A stretch of DNA of 64,000 nt from Octopus sinensis (GCF_006345805.1 NC_042999.1:53878001-53942000); one strand, 5' to 3'. Numbered from the stretch's first letter, positions 1 through 14,055 are shown. Translations and numbers: made by a program. Notes: a model not told the origin generated them from the sequence alone.

Positions 1-642
1 TACTAGGGTTCGATTCATTCGACAGGAAATTCTTGGAAATGATGCCCCAGCATGGCCGCAGTCTAATGACTGAAACAAACAGAAGACAAAAAAAAGACAA
101 CAAAAGCCAATTACAAAAAAAACTAAACAGAGCAACTGAATGCGCCCCGCCCCTTCGTGTATGGCCTGCATCGACTCCAAATAAATCATTGTTGTATGTC
201 TCCACCCCTAACATTAAAACAATAACAACAACAACAAAAAAACGAACCCTAATGCTTTGCCTGAAAGTAGACAGAAATAAAATGAGAGACTCATGTATTT
301 TTATGTCGAAATATATCAACTTTCATAGACATTTGCAACAATGAATCTATTTTGAGGAAATTATAAAAGAGTCTTTTTGACAAGGTGCAAAGCTTAGCTC
401 CCACCTTCCATGCGTTGATGGTATTGGAGTTAAACCAGGAATCAATATTGTTATCACCAAGATCTTGATATTGAAACAGAGAGAGAGGGGGAGAGGGTAG
501 GAGATGGAGGGAGAGAGGGGAGGAGATGGAGGGAGAGAAAGTGGAAGAATTAGAGAAAGGGTGAGATTGCGATAGGAAATGGGCGATGGAAAGAGAATGA
601 AAACAGAAAGCGAAAGTGTGTGTATGGTTGTGAAGAAATATG

Positions 643-740
<98 letters not shown>

Positions 741-885
741 GAAATGGAGAGAGGAAGTGACAGAGAGAGATTTAATGTGTTAGGTAAGATTTTAACGGAC
801 TGATAACAAAATAGGAAAACGTTGATTGCATTCCTACTTTTTCTTTTTCTCTTTCTTTTTTCTGAATATATTTGCTAACAATATG

Positions 886-939
<54 letters not shown>

Positions 940-1167
940 GAGTACTGAGTAACGTAATCAATAAATTCGCGGGAGTGTCGTGGTTTGGCATCTCACAATT
1001 TTCTCTCTCTTTCTATGTATGATTCTATGTATATATAATATATATATATCCTCAGGTACATACACGCTCTCACATACACATGCACGCGCACCTTCGTTTT
1101 TGGATCACCACTACTTTATTATCTCCCCTTCTTCCTAGCTCTCCTGTCTCACCACCTCTCGCCGGCA

Positions 1168-1216
1168 TACGCGATGATTGATCGCTAGCCACTGAATCTT
1201 TTTTATTCACTCTCTC

Positions 1217-1295
<79 letters not shown>

Positions 1296-1392
1296 TTATT
1301 TCTGTTGAAGAGCGTAGGCTCGAAACGTGACTTTCTCACTCCCGGGCGTTTTTTGTTTTCTTTTTTCTTTTTTTTTTTTGTAAATTCCAACT
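1168..1392 (+). mobile_element. Copy of the variant-hammerhead pLTR-like repeat, with an internally expanded (CT)n
   Basis: Homologous to 46516-46706. The motif ctgttgaagagcgtaggctcgaaacgt is at 1302-1328. Confidence 0.55.
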
Positions 1393-1739
1393 ATGTGTAT
1401 ATATATATCTATATATATATATGTATGTATGTATATATGTATATATATCCTGTCTCTCCACCTTACGTGTCTCTGTCAGTTCTTCCGTTGCATAACAACG
1501 ACAGACAATATCCTAATGTCACTCACTCTTTATATAAACATTGTTTGCACAAAACACCTTCATATTTTTTTTTTCTATTTGCCCACGAAGAACGTTAAGA
1601 TCATCAACTTTACAAAACTATTTTACAAGTGGATGGATTGCATTGAGTGTAGGTAAAGCAGTAGTGTTAGGAAATCTACTTCGGAACTACGTGGTTTGGG
1701 TTTCAACTCCGCTCAGCAGTACATTCACATTTGTTTTGT

Positions 1740-1895
1740 TTTCATTATTTACATTATTTGCATTTGACGGATATATTTGTCCTCATCTTGTTTGTTGTTA
1801 ACAGAAAGTTTCGGCTGATATACCCTCCAGCCTTCATCAGGTGTCTTGGGGAAATTTCGAACGTGGGTTCTCATTCCTAAGGTATTTTTTCGATG

Positions 1896-1930
<35 letters not shown>

Positions 1931-1985
1931 GAAATATAACTTAGGAATGAGAACCCACGTACGAAATTTCCACGAGACACCTGAT

Positions 1986-1987
<2 letters not shown>
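1740..1987. mobile_element. Foldback PLE pseudo-LTR-type element with hammerhead motif around a (TTA)n core
   Basis: 1834-1881 and 1940-1987 are inverted copies. The left arm extends to ~1740 and matches 24018-24115. The minus strand 1801-1844 reads acac-CTGATGA-A-GGCTG-gagggtatat-CAGCC-GAAA-ctttctgt. Confidence 0.75.
1801..1844 (-). ncRNA. Hammerhead ribozyme motif with mutated cleavage-site strand
   Basis: acac-CUGAUGA-A-GGCUG-loop-CAGCC-GAAAC-UUU-cugu. Confidence 0.55.
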
Positions 1988-2017
<30 letters not shown>

Positions 2018-2101
2018 AACATAAATACATACATACATACATACATACATACATACATACATACATACATACATACATACATGCATACATACATACATAC
2101 G

Positions 2102-2940
2102 TACAGGGCGTGGTGAATAAACTGTCGTCTAAAATACACAAAAGTGAAAATAACACTGATATTTTATTTTCAGTTATATTTACCAAAATTACATTAAAAT
2201 ATCTTGAAATACTAAAGAGTAAATGTATTCAATAAAATCGCCATTGGCTTCAACCACGGCCTCCAGACGACTTCGGAATCTCCTGAAACACTTCTGGACG
2301 ATCTCCTTGTTTAAGTTGGTCAATGCTACCATAATACTTGCTTTCAGTTCATATTTGGTGTTTGAGGGAGCTTTGTTGGTCTCTCACTCAACTGCGACCC
2401 ACACATTATAATCAAGCGACTTGCTGTCTGGGAAGTTAGGTGGCCAGATATTAGGGGTGATGTGGTCGTAGAAATTATTTTACATCCATGACTGGGTTTT
2501 CCTGCTTGTTTAGCATGGTGCAGAGTCCTGTTGCCAGACACAGGGTCTTCCAGCATCCACCCTCTTGACCCAAGACAGCACAACGTCCTACCGGCACTTG
2601 ATGTCGGTCTCCGTGTTGAGTGTGAGGGCATGTGGTAAGATGAATGGCGACATAACGTCACCATCATTAGTGATCACTCCAAATATCATGATGTTGGCCG
2701 GATGTTTGATTTTTATCACTCTCGGTACACGTTTTGGGAGCCCGGCAAGCCAACGGTTGCTCTGGGTTCGCTACTGAAGCTTCTGGCATGAATGCCAAGC
2801 AGTATAACATGTCGTTTCCAAATTCTGGCAGAGTGAATTGTGTCATGGTGTCTCACAGACGGCGCCCAACTGATTCTATAATGCGCATATACGAAATTAA
2901 AAATATAGAATGGTCACAATTTTCCCATCGCAGCCTTTAT
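2102..2940 (-). mobile_element. Internally deleted Tc1/mariner-superfamily DNA transposon, DD37D (maT) type
   Basis: The minus strand 2710-2226 encodes KHPANIMIFGVITNDG...VWQQDSAPC*TSRKTQSW...WPPNFPDSKSLDYNVW...RLEAVVEANGDFIE, with 37 residues between the 2nd and 3rd catalytic Asp. Degenerate TIRs match at 16/24 (tacagggcgtggtgaataaactgt vs taaaggctgcgatgggaaaattgt), with TA at the ends. Confidence 0.85.
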
Positions 2941-3046
2941 ATATATATATATATATACATATATGCACAAACATATATGTATATAAATATATATATATAT
3001 GTACATATATATATATATTATATATATATATATATACACACACACA

Positions 3047-3260
3047 TATCAAATGAAATTTAAAAAAACAGAACACAAAGGATGTCACGGTACACATGTT
3101 TCGAGCTTTATAAAACAACTTATTCTTACATCAATGTATAAGGGCTTTAAACTATCTGTTATGTCGATTATACATTGATGTAAGAATAAGTTGTTTTATA
3201 AAGCTCGAGACATGTGTACCGCGACATCCTTTGTGTTCTGTTTTTTTATTTCATTTGATA
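3047..3260. repeat. Long inverted repeat, ~95-bp arms, 26-nt spacer
   Basis: 3047-3141 is the reverse complement of 3168-3260, with ~2 substitutions and a small indel. Confidence 0.92.
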
Positions 3261-4558
3261 CATATATCCCCTCACCTCTGCTACTAGCTGGCATATAGAG
3301 GTGCTTATACTTATCAATTATTCACCCTGAATTTATATATACACACACATATATATATGTACATATATATACGTACATGCAATATGTATATACACACATA
3401 CGCATACATACCTATGTAATGAGTAATATATGCATACATGTGTGTGTGTGTGTGCACGCACACAGATGCTTCATGAAATTTACTTGAGAGGAGTATGTAA
3501 GGAGAAACCCAGTGATTAAATCAGAAAAAACTGATATATCACTAATTTTATCATCACTATGACCTTCATCATCATCGTCCTCATCATCATCATCATCATC
3601 ATCAGTAGTAGTAGTAGTTTTGTTAGTATAATCATTATCATTGTTCCGAATGAACAATTCCTTGTGGAGACAGTAAAAGTTTAAGAAAACAGTATAACAT
3701 TACAGACAAACAGTACATTTTACGAGCACACGTGTTCTTATCTCTACACGCACACACACGGATTTATTATATGTGTGTGTGGGCATGCGTGCTTGCATGC
3801 GTGCGTGTGTGTGTGTGTGTCTGGGAATGCATGCATGTGTGTATATATCTATTATATTTACATACACACAGACGAGCACATATACATATTTTCCTGGATA
3901 TTTAGAAGATATAGTATGTGTGTGTGTGTGTGTGTGTGTGTGTCTATATGTGTCTTTATATACATACGCATACACACAAACAACTTTTGGCGAGATCATT
4001 AAACAGATAACTGGGTTGTTTATTTTTTCCTTTTCTTTTTCCCTGTGTTATATTAATGGATGATAAATGATTTTTTCTTCTTTTTGTATATATTTTCACG
4101 ACTGAAAGCGTAACGAAACGAACATAAGAAACTATTCCATAATATTATACACTTCGGAATATTTTTATCTTTAATTTTCACCAGTTCCTATCTCGAAAGA
4201 TTGTTATAACAATGATCATCACAGCATCTCATCTAGTTTCCACTGATAAAATTCTATATTCCCTACAAGTGGCAACACCTTTCGTTTTCATTTTCTTTCA
4301 CAACCCCGAACGAATGCCAGTGGTATACATGTTTATATATATATATTTAATTCATTGAAGCACATAGTCTGTTTATGATATACATATACACCTGAGCTCT
4401 AACATATTGTACGACATTGCAAGATTTTCATTTCCGAGAACATTTCTTGATTTTTTTCAAAAGTATTTGTTCAATAGATTGTTATCTGTTTGATTTCTAT
4501 AAACTTATACATTCATATCTACTGCTGACTCTCTTGCATTCACACGTTTATCGTATGT

Positions 4559-4637
<79 letters not shown>

Positions 4638-6199
4638 TACTTGCGAGTACATCTGCAGGCTAACTTGCACATATACTCAAACATACACCCTTAGACGAAG
4701 GAGAGGAAAACTAAATGCTGTTCAACATGCATTATTGATTTATTAAAATTCACTTCACCTCAGAATGAAGTAATCAAATGCCTAACGGCAATATCCACCG
4801 ATTCCGTATGACGGGGTGATATTCCATTGTGAAAAAATAAGCTTTCCATTATAGAAAAGACGCATTTTTGTTCCTGCAGGAAAAAGCGCCACTGAGAGCA
4901 TGTCATCAGCATACACACACGTATGTATGTATGTATGTATGTATGTATGTATGTATGTATGTATGTATGTATGTATGTATGTATGTATGTATGTATGTAT
5001 GTATGTATGTACATAAGTATACAGACTTATATTTATGTGGGAATACATGCATATATATATATATATATATGTCTGTCGAAACATTTCTTGTAAACCTCTG
5101 CATTCATGTCTTTCAAATATTTCACACCCTGTAGTAATTCACGAATCGAAACCGCATACGTAACAGTAGCCATCTTGCCAATCGACCTTGTCCCTGTACC
5201 ACCAAACTATCATCAATAAATATTGACTATAAATGAAGATTGTGCTTATATACTCCAATAAAACTGCCATCTCCTGAATTTGTGTTCATTAGTTGAACTG
5301 ACACCTTCTACACAGAAGCAGTTTTGTTAATTTCATTAGACTTGTCACAGTTAGTATTACATTTCCATTAGTAATTATTTACCGCGTATATTCTACACGT
5401 AAATTGGAGACTGAGCTAAATGTTAATTGTTGAGACGTTAAGGAAATATGAAACTAGTCGCCATTAGTTCACCATTCCATGCTGGCGAAGTTGTTGTGGC
5501 TTACACAGGAAAGCTACGTCTACAAACAAGTTTAAATATGCTTGAAGGTTTTTCGCTCTCACAGGGTCTCGGGTTCGACTCCATTGCCTGCTATCTTGCC
5601 CAGATATATTTTACGGTTTCCTCCACTCAAATAAAGGTTTGTGAGTACAACTGAGTTGACGGAAATTGTCTAGAACCCCATGGAAAAGAATGAATCAATT
5701 TGGATTGTCTCTTATTGAAAGCTACAGGCTTGGGACACGTTGTCATATTGGTTCTACTTGAGGACGACGTTAATGGCACACATCTCTGTGGAATAGTCAG
5801 CCACATAGTAATTCAATGAGGAAATAACTCAATTTATTGAACAGTGGAATCCCGACTACGATCTATCTCTTTTAGACACACACATACATACATACATACG
5901 TACATACATACATACATACATATATACATACATACATACATACATACTTACTTACTTACTTACTTACTTACTTATACATATGTGTGTGCTTGCTTGCGTG
6001 CGTGTTACGAAAACATTTTTGTATAATCACCACAATCTTGTCCACATGATTGGGCAGTGGCCGGCGGTGACATGATAAATACCTGTTATCAGACAATATT
6101 TGCAAGCTTACGGACAAAGCCAGTGGAATGTTCATGGCTGCCGTTGAACAAAACCAGCCAGCAGTGACCAATAAATTGTCTGGTAGGTTGCTGCTCTTC

Positions 6200-6800
6200 C
6201 CTTTAACAGTTTAATCGTCCCACAATATTCAACTAGCATCCTAGAAGACACATGGGGGTTTACAGCATACTGTTTCTTAAAAAGTCTTTTCGGCTGTCAC
6301 CACTTACTACTCTACTAGTACAGTTTCTACAGTTCGTATAAGCTCTTTGGTCACACTGCTAGCCGAGGCACCGTTCCTGCTACATATTCACTAACTCTCT
6401 TTGGTGTCTATTATAATTAAATTTTGCTATATCAGTTGATATCGCTTTAAATATTATCGATGGTAAAGTCTGCACCATAAGCATTTATATGGTATCAGTC
6501 ACCGTCATTGTGAGAAATTACTCCAGATTGCAGCTGAGACAAAAAAAATTCTTCTTCTTGCTATGTCATTTAACGTGGCTGTGAATAATTACCTTTAAAT
6601 AAAGCCTCTACGATAAACATTTAATCTTGCTGTACCAACCGATATCATTTTAAATTTATAGTAAAGGCAATTCAATAAATCTCTTTCTATCCAACGGCAT
6701 AGATGTAAATAAATCCTTTAATCTAGTTAAATCAGCCACTGTGGCTGGGAATAATAATTGCCGTGCAATAAATCATTGTCTGCGTTTTGTAGTTTAATAT
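6200..6800 (-). mobile_element. Highly decayed non-LTR retrotransposon RT fragment (possibly R4/Dong-like)
   Basis: Weak remnants on the minus strand: RRGFI/KG..LFTA (cf. GIFQGDSLSPLLF), DIN*YSK (cf. YMDDIKLYAK) and VETV...KQY, with many stops. Confidence 0.3.
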
Positions 6801-8794
6801 CGAAGCCTTCCAAATAAGTGAAAACACCAACAGAAGACGAGTGGAATCTGCAGAGTTGGAGCATGGATGGAATATAATTTTGAGTGAGAGTGGAATTGGA
6901 TCAAGGACTCCACGAGGTCCTGCGAGATCCTATGAGATGCCTCCGATCTTGTCGCATTGACACCAGGGAGATTTGAAAAATACAGAAACACTTGAAAAGA
7001 AAACAAAGACTTTGAAATGAAAAACAATTTACTTCGTATTTCAGTTTACATGGTATTATGGGTGGAATGGTCTGGTGGGGAACAGGAGGAGGAGGAGTAA
7101 GAGTAATTGTTTGTTTATTTATTTATTTAGGTCCAATTAGGCAGAAGTAGGACCGTCGCACGGTCAAAGAGCAGCAGAATTATGTACCTTGTTTTGAGCG
7201 GAATACATAAATGTATAAACGAGATTATAACACCGTGGCTGACTTAACATTTGGTGTAGATAAAATAACGTACCTGTCAGGTACCGGGATGGATTTTATC
7301 AAACTGTACACCCACCCCACCCCTACCCTCTCCCTCAAAATGGTGTGGCATTGTGTCTGTGTTGGTAATTAATATTGAGCAGCGATACGTCTGAACCGCT
7401 TGCTTCTAATTATAAAAAAAAAAGAATCCCTACTTGAAGCCATCTTGTTTAATTTCCTTCAACCCGCAACACCCTTTAAAAAGACAGTCATATCACAACT
7501 TTACATTTTCTTTTCACTATAAAACTAAATTAAGACTATTCGAATTTTGTTCATTACAGTTAATAATAATTAAACCATCATTGTTATTTTTATTATACTG
7601 TTTTTATTTTTATATTCTTCATTTCTTTATTGCAGCTGTCGTTTACGTCGTTCATACAGTTCAGTTTTCGTTACCAAGGCGTCACCATGTCTTTCTCTCT
7701 CTCTCTCGTATCTACTTCACTCAAGGGAGCATCACATCATTTCTTTCTCTCATGAACCACATTAGTATCATTCTCTTTACGACAGTAATGTTACATGGTA
7801 TTTATATATCGTCTATTTACGGCAGTATTTTACTACCTTTTTTGCGACAGTATTTATACTACCCTTTTTACGGCAGTATTTATACACAAAATGACTAGAA
7901 AAAAACAAAAATAAATAAGTATATAAATAAATAGATCTCGACATTCTAGCAACTTGATATTTCGTAGTTGTTGGCAGTAACTTTATCTCTAAACGAAAAA
8001 TAACATTCAGTGAATCTCCAAATTTTTCGGCTGGTGTCTCCGTAGCCATAATAATCATTATTACCACTACTACCATCATCATCATTATCATCACTGTTAT
8101 TATCATCATCATCATCATCGTCGTCGTCGTCATCATCATCATCCAATGTTTGTTGTTTCACTGCTGTCATGGGTCGGACGGATGGCCATACCAATAAAAC
8201 ACCAGCAACAAAAGAACAACTTTAGAACTAAAAAAAAAACTACACAACAACAAAAACAGCAAACACGACGGTAACAATCACAACAACAAAAGAATAACAA
8301 TAATAATATTAATAATAATGATAATAATAATAAATAACAACAGCAATAGAAACAACGAAAACACAAAATTACAACAATAACGACTTCTTTTTTTTTTGTT
8401 GTTTTTTTTCTCGTGATTTCTGATCTTAAAGTTCGCTGATAGTTTTAACACTTTCTTCTCTTCTGTTTTTTTTTTTTTTTCAGAAATTCTTCTTCTCAGA
8501 ATACGATGTTGTAATATTTTCATAAAAAAGTCTTCTACCTTACTTCTAAAGGAGTGCATTTAGAATTTCTAGAATTATCGACGACGGGAGAGCGCTTCTA
8601 CTACTAAACCCTTTCCATTACACCCGGGCAGGCAGTTGAATCTTTCTCCAGCATGAAGCAAGACTTTAAAGCAGAACGTTGCCAAACTCCGCATCTGATA
8701 AACACAACCTTCTGTATTACGAATTAATAATTTCTTGAAGAGCACTGTAAATGTTCACTTTCTAGCTTAGGATTTAAATATAGAAATCAACAAA

Positions 8795-8806
8795 TTATTA
8801 TTATTA

Positions 8807-8851
<45 letters not shown>

Positions 8852-8856
8852 CATCA

Positions 8857-8887
<31 letters not shown>

Positions 8888-8895
8888 CATCATCA

Positions 8896-8926
<31 letters not shown>

Positions 8927-8929
8927 TGT

Positions 8930-8971
<42 letters not shown>

Positions 8972-9174
8972 ATTCCAATGCACACAGCATTGTTGGAAAA
9001 GAAAAAATCCTAACATCGGACTACAACAAGTAATCTTAGAAGCCAAGAACCCTTTTAAGTATCCTAGCTGTCCTTAATAACGCTGTTCCCTGGAGCTGTA
9101 CTAAACTGGATTTTAAGCGTATATTTTCTATTATTATTATCATTATTATTGTTGTTGTTATTATTATTATTATA

Positions 9175-9216
<42 letters not shown>

Positions 9217-9345
9217 GTTGTTGTTGTTGTTGTTGTTATCATTATTATTATCATCATCATCATCATCATAAGTATTAGTAATAGTATTACTAATGTTGTT
9301 GTTATTATTGTTATTATTATTATTATTATCATTGTTATTATTACT
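8795..9345. repeat. Compound (TTA)n/(TTG)n/(TCA)n microsatellite field
   Basis: Seen directly. Confidence 0.95.
8972..9130 (-). mobile_element. 3' end of an R4/Dong-like non-LTR retrotransposon inside a (TAA/CAA)n array
   Basis: Encodes LQGTALLRTARILKRVLGF*, the typical C-terminus of REL-endonuclease LINEs (LQKxALLGTARILRxVL). A short 3'UTR and an AAC/AAT tail follow. Dong-type elements are known to target TAA repeats. Confidence 0.7.
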
Positions 9346-10226
9346 ATTCCATAATTTTAAAGCGCATTTTCAACGCCCTACCGAGGCCAGGTTGGTGTGC
9401 TTCAGGTATATGCAGCGCTTTGTTTTAGTTTTGCATTATCTCTTCTATTGAACGTACTCCACACAATATGAGTACAATGCCTGGTGGTATTTTGGATTTG
9501 TAATCTTTTGGCAAGTGAATCGGTTTTAACGAGTTGAAAATGAGGCTATCAATTCGTGGACCAGCCATTTTAGTCAATTAAAAATTCACAGAGATTCCTG
9601 CATTCAACTTCTCATACTTTATACATCGATTGTCAACTATTTCGTCACACTTCTGTCTGCACCCCAAAAGAATTCCATAAATTAATTACTGATATCTTTA
9701 TAAACATCAAGAGGAGAGGATGCTTATGTTCTTGTGCTTCCTCAATCTTTGTCCGTACTGATCTAATACACAAATTATGCTTGATAGCATGTCATAGGAC
9801 AGCTACAGTGATCTTTAGTTTCACTTATTCAGTATGTAAGATGTAAGAGTATTTATATATATATATATTATATATATATATATATATATATCTGTGTGCT
9901 AGACGTCGACCTCCTATGGTCTTACCACTAAGAAAGGAATGTTCTCAAGAAATTTAGTAAAATTAAAATTTAAATATTTAAATATATATATATATATATA
10001 TATAATATATATATATATACATATATATATACATATATATATATATGCATACATACATTCACAGCATATGCACATATGTTTGTATGTGTATATATGTGTG
10101 CGTGTGTGTGTGTGTATGAAAGTATGTAAAAAATTATCAATATAAGATTTAATTTATTAAACAAAGTTCAATAAATTCATCATATAAAACAAATGAGTAG
10201 ATTGGATATATATACTATATATATAT

Positions 10227-10258
<32 letters not shown>

Positions 10259-10493
10259 ATATTCAATTATAAATAAGGGCACAAGAAAAAGATTTGTGTG
10301 CCAATATGCTGCAAAATAGACCTTGGATCGTCTAACCATATACAATATTTTTCAGCATATTGGCATAGAAATTTTTTTTGCCCCTATTTATTATTGACCA
10401 TAGAAGGCATTTTAATATGCTGGCCTCTGATAAAAAATTTTCTACTTTTGAAACATTTTTTTCCTTATATTAGAAGTATATATATATATATAT

Positions 10494-10538
<45 letters not shown>

Positions 10539-10908
10539 TCGTTCTCACTCGAAAGACACATGTTGTTATTTCTTATTTGTATTCGTAATTGTATACCATG
10601 TTCTCCGTTTTTTTTTATTTATTTGCTATTTTGTGTTTGTTGCCGTACACATTCGCTGGCTTTCTTACAAAGAGGTCTAGTGTTCTTAGCTTAGACTTTT
10701 GGTGGGCAACCAGATCGAACTATCTCAAGCGTAACTGCCCGAAATAGTCGTTACTTCTCGGACTTGACTGATGAAAGAAAGCCAAGACTGATTCGTCTTT
10801 TTTTGCCTGTCCTAATTGTTGTTTCTTTTGTCCGCCCTTGTATCGCCTCGTTTTAATGACCTCTATTGCGTTTTCGTTCCATTTTGATATATATATATAT
10901 AGAGAGAG

Positions 10909-10973
<65 letters not shown>

Positions 10974-11077
10974 CATGCATACATACATACTTACATACAT
11001 ACATACATACATAAATACATAAATACATACATGCTACATACATACATACATACATACATACATACATACAACATACA

Positions 11078-11111
<34 letters not shown>

Positions 11112-11929
11112 CATAGGTACACGCATACGCGACGCACATAAAGAATGTTTAACAAATATAAATATTATTTACGAGAACGTTCATGAATTTCTCTTCCAGG
11201 TAAAATCTAACCTTAATAAATTTTTTAATAATATATTAAATAACACATATGTGTTTGTGTGTGTGTGTTTGTCTGTGCGTGTTTGTGTGTGAGAGTGTCT
11301 CTATGTTTGTATGTCATTTTATTTATTATGCCTAGTTATTTTCTCCTCTTAATATAAAATGTACCTTAGTTAACTACATCAACACGTAACGAATCTAATT
11401 TTAATGGACATATTCTCTAGAAAAGAACTTTTAGATATATTTTCCATATGTGTAACAGGCAACTTCGTTGACTTTTCAAACCGAACTACGGCGACAAATG
11501 ATGGAAGAAAAAGTGGAATTGTTGTAAAGGAACTTGAAGAAAGGAATTGAGTTTAAAAGTATGTGAGGGTTAATCATGTCAAAAAGCCTAACTACAGTCA
11601 AGCAGAAAGCTTGTATGCTCGAAGTTTAAACAAACAAACGCTATAAATTGTTTTTTAAATCACTTAGACAGTAAAACTGTAGTAATGGAAATTTGACAGT
11701 CAGCAGGGCACAGATGTGCGACGAAAATGTTGACACTTCGAAGTTGTAAACGAAAAGTGACTGCAACGGCTTTTCTCTATTTTTAATTGTCTACAATGGT
11801 TCTTCTATCGAAATTACGCAATATTCTTGTTCTAATACCTCCTGTAAGTTTTGTAGTATTTCTATAAATATTTGATTTCAACGCAACAATTATTGTAGCA
11901 TTTACTAATGATTTTTTTTCGACTAATCA

Positions 11930-11994
<65 letters not shown>

Positions 11995-12548
11995 TTTCGA
12001 ATAAGGTGCTAAAATGGCAAGGCATTAGGTTGTACAGATAAGAGACTAAGCTCGTTCACAATTAAACGTTTTGGTGGAATGAAATTTGCATGAATGATGA
12101 TTTGGTTAATTAATTTATTATGATTACGAATAATAATTAACATTATTAGAAGATATTGTCACCTACTTTCATTTGATATATGATATATGTTTTATATTTT
12201 TATATATATCCAGGAGTGGAAATACTATTCTTTCATATTGATATATATATGTATATACATATATATGAAAGAACAGTACTTCTACTCCTGTATGTATTAT
12301 ATATATATATATTTACATAGTTATGCACACATATATGTACAGATAGATAGATATGTACAAGTACACATATATGTATATACACATATATTTGTATGTCGAA
12401 CCACATATATGTATGAATATCTATATATATAGATATATATGCATACAAATCTATATGTACGTATATGTGTGTGTGGGTGTGTGTGTGTGTGTATGTATGT
12501 ATATAGGCTTATAAATAGCTTTTTGAAAGCGTATATTTTTTGTATGCG

Positions 12549-12581
<33 letters not shown>

Positions 12582-12770
12582 CATATACATATTAGAGAAA
12601 TTTTCCGATATTCTGAAAATGTTATCTACTGTGTTTATGAATTTTTCTTAACGTTTCTCTTTGTATGATTTTTTTTTGTTTTTTTGTTGTTGTCTTTTTT
12701 TTTTTGCTTTCTTTTGATGTTTTCTTTCGATATTTTCGTGTGGAAACTTCCAAGTTATTTGTAGACCTTT

Positions 12771-13050
12771 TCAAAAAATTGTCACCGAATTTTCTTTGAA
12801 CGCTATGTTTTCAAAGATCGAACTCTCTGAACCTCTAAAACTTTCCTTCTTTCTTAACACTGTACTTTCTAGTTTTTCTAATGTGTTGTCGTTGAGAATA
12901 TCTGATTTCGTTTCAGAGAAATGATCATCAGAATCCGTCAAGGAATCTGTATGAAGTAACGTAAATGTAGTCCAAGTATTCAAATCTCGGTCGTAGTTAG
13001 CTTTATAGTCTCCAACAGATGTCACCTCTATCTCGTCAACGGCTTCGATA

Positions 13051-13081
<31 letters not shown>

Positions 13082-14048
13082 TTTCGTGGATTATATCGTT
13101 GTGAATGTCTTCGTGGTCGCTACTATCAAAGCTGTCACTTAAATGTTTGGTGCTTTCTAAAGTGGTTTCCATTAGAATTTCGTATACGCTACAATAGCTA
13201 TCACCGGTATTTTGGCAACACAAGTGGAAAATGTCTATGAAAGCCAGCTGTGGACTAAAGATATCATCGCTGAGAACGCTGCTAGGTGTGGTGGACGACA
13301 AGATGGAGTGTTTGCTGCAAGAACTAGGAATGGAGTTACATCGGCTAATATCTGTACTGGTTAGGCTCATCAAAGAAGCCTCCGAAAGTTCTTCGCAATC
13401 TTCTTGCCCTTCTTCGGTAAAATCAGGCCGGAAGTTGCCGTTATCACTCCACGCAGGAGATCGAATATATTCAAATTGTGGGGATGTGCAACAGAGCAAA
13501 GGATTGTTTTGGTATGTCGCCATGGTGATGTAAGTCCAGTCGAAATCTGGTGAAAACTGCAGACCTTCAAATGAATCAGTATTTTGTTGTTTGAAGACGG
13601 CAGCCATATTGTCAGTGGCGACCAAATCAGTGGATCTTGTGTCATAATTATTATCTTCGTTGCTACTGATGCTGCATCTGTTGCTCGTGTCCACACTGCT
13701 ACAACTATTATTGTTGTTATTATTGTTGTTCTGACTATTGCTATTCACATTTTGGTTGTTGCCTTTCTTCCAGTAAACCCCATATTTTTTATCCAGTTTG
13801 TTGCTCACACACTCTATCTGGTTGACTAGCACGCGGATATCACCGACGATTCCTTGTAAATTACCCAGAACATTCTCTAAATTTCCGACAACATTGCGAA
13901 CTGATTGCTTAACTAGTCTCTTCTCATTGGCTGATCCTGTTGCCGGGCTGGGATTACAACAATTACCATTTGAACTAAATGACACCAACGAACGACTGAA
14001 ATTGTCATTCAACGGTTCCAAAGTCTTTGGTCTTTCCTTCGACTCCAT
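12771..14048 (-). CDS. 425-aa protein: N-terminal coiled coil similar to INSYN1/PRR16 (Largen), DUF4589-like, followed by a Ser/Asp/Asn-rich disordered region
   Basis: The only long ORF of non-repeat, non-transposon sequence. The ATG has good context (aaatATGG) with an in-frame TGA ~67 nt upstream. The segment VKQSVRNVVGNLENVLGNLQGIVGDIRVLVNQIECVSNKLD matches the heptad pattern I recall for PRR16/INSYN1 (VKEQIKIIVEDLELVLGDLKDVAKELKEVVDQIDTLTSDL). The family call rests on recalled similarity, not a search. Confidence 0.8.
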
Positions 14049-14055
14049 ATTTACT

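Noticed and set aside
7812-7885. Three imperfect copies of tt(t)acggcagtattt(a)tac; also the short direct repeat atactcacacagagttgaaac at 22760 and 22892
   Set aside because: Small local slippage duplications with no evidence of function.
8575-8745. Possible minus-strand coding exon (LFKKLLIRNTEGCVYQMRSLATFCF...SRRR*)
   Set aside because: Under 60 codons, weak acceptor, and no recognisable homology.
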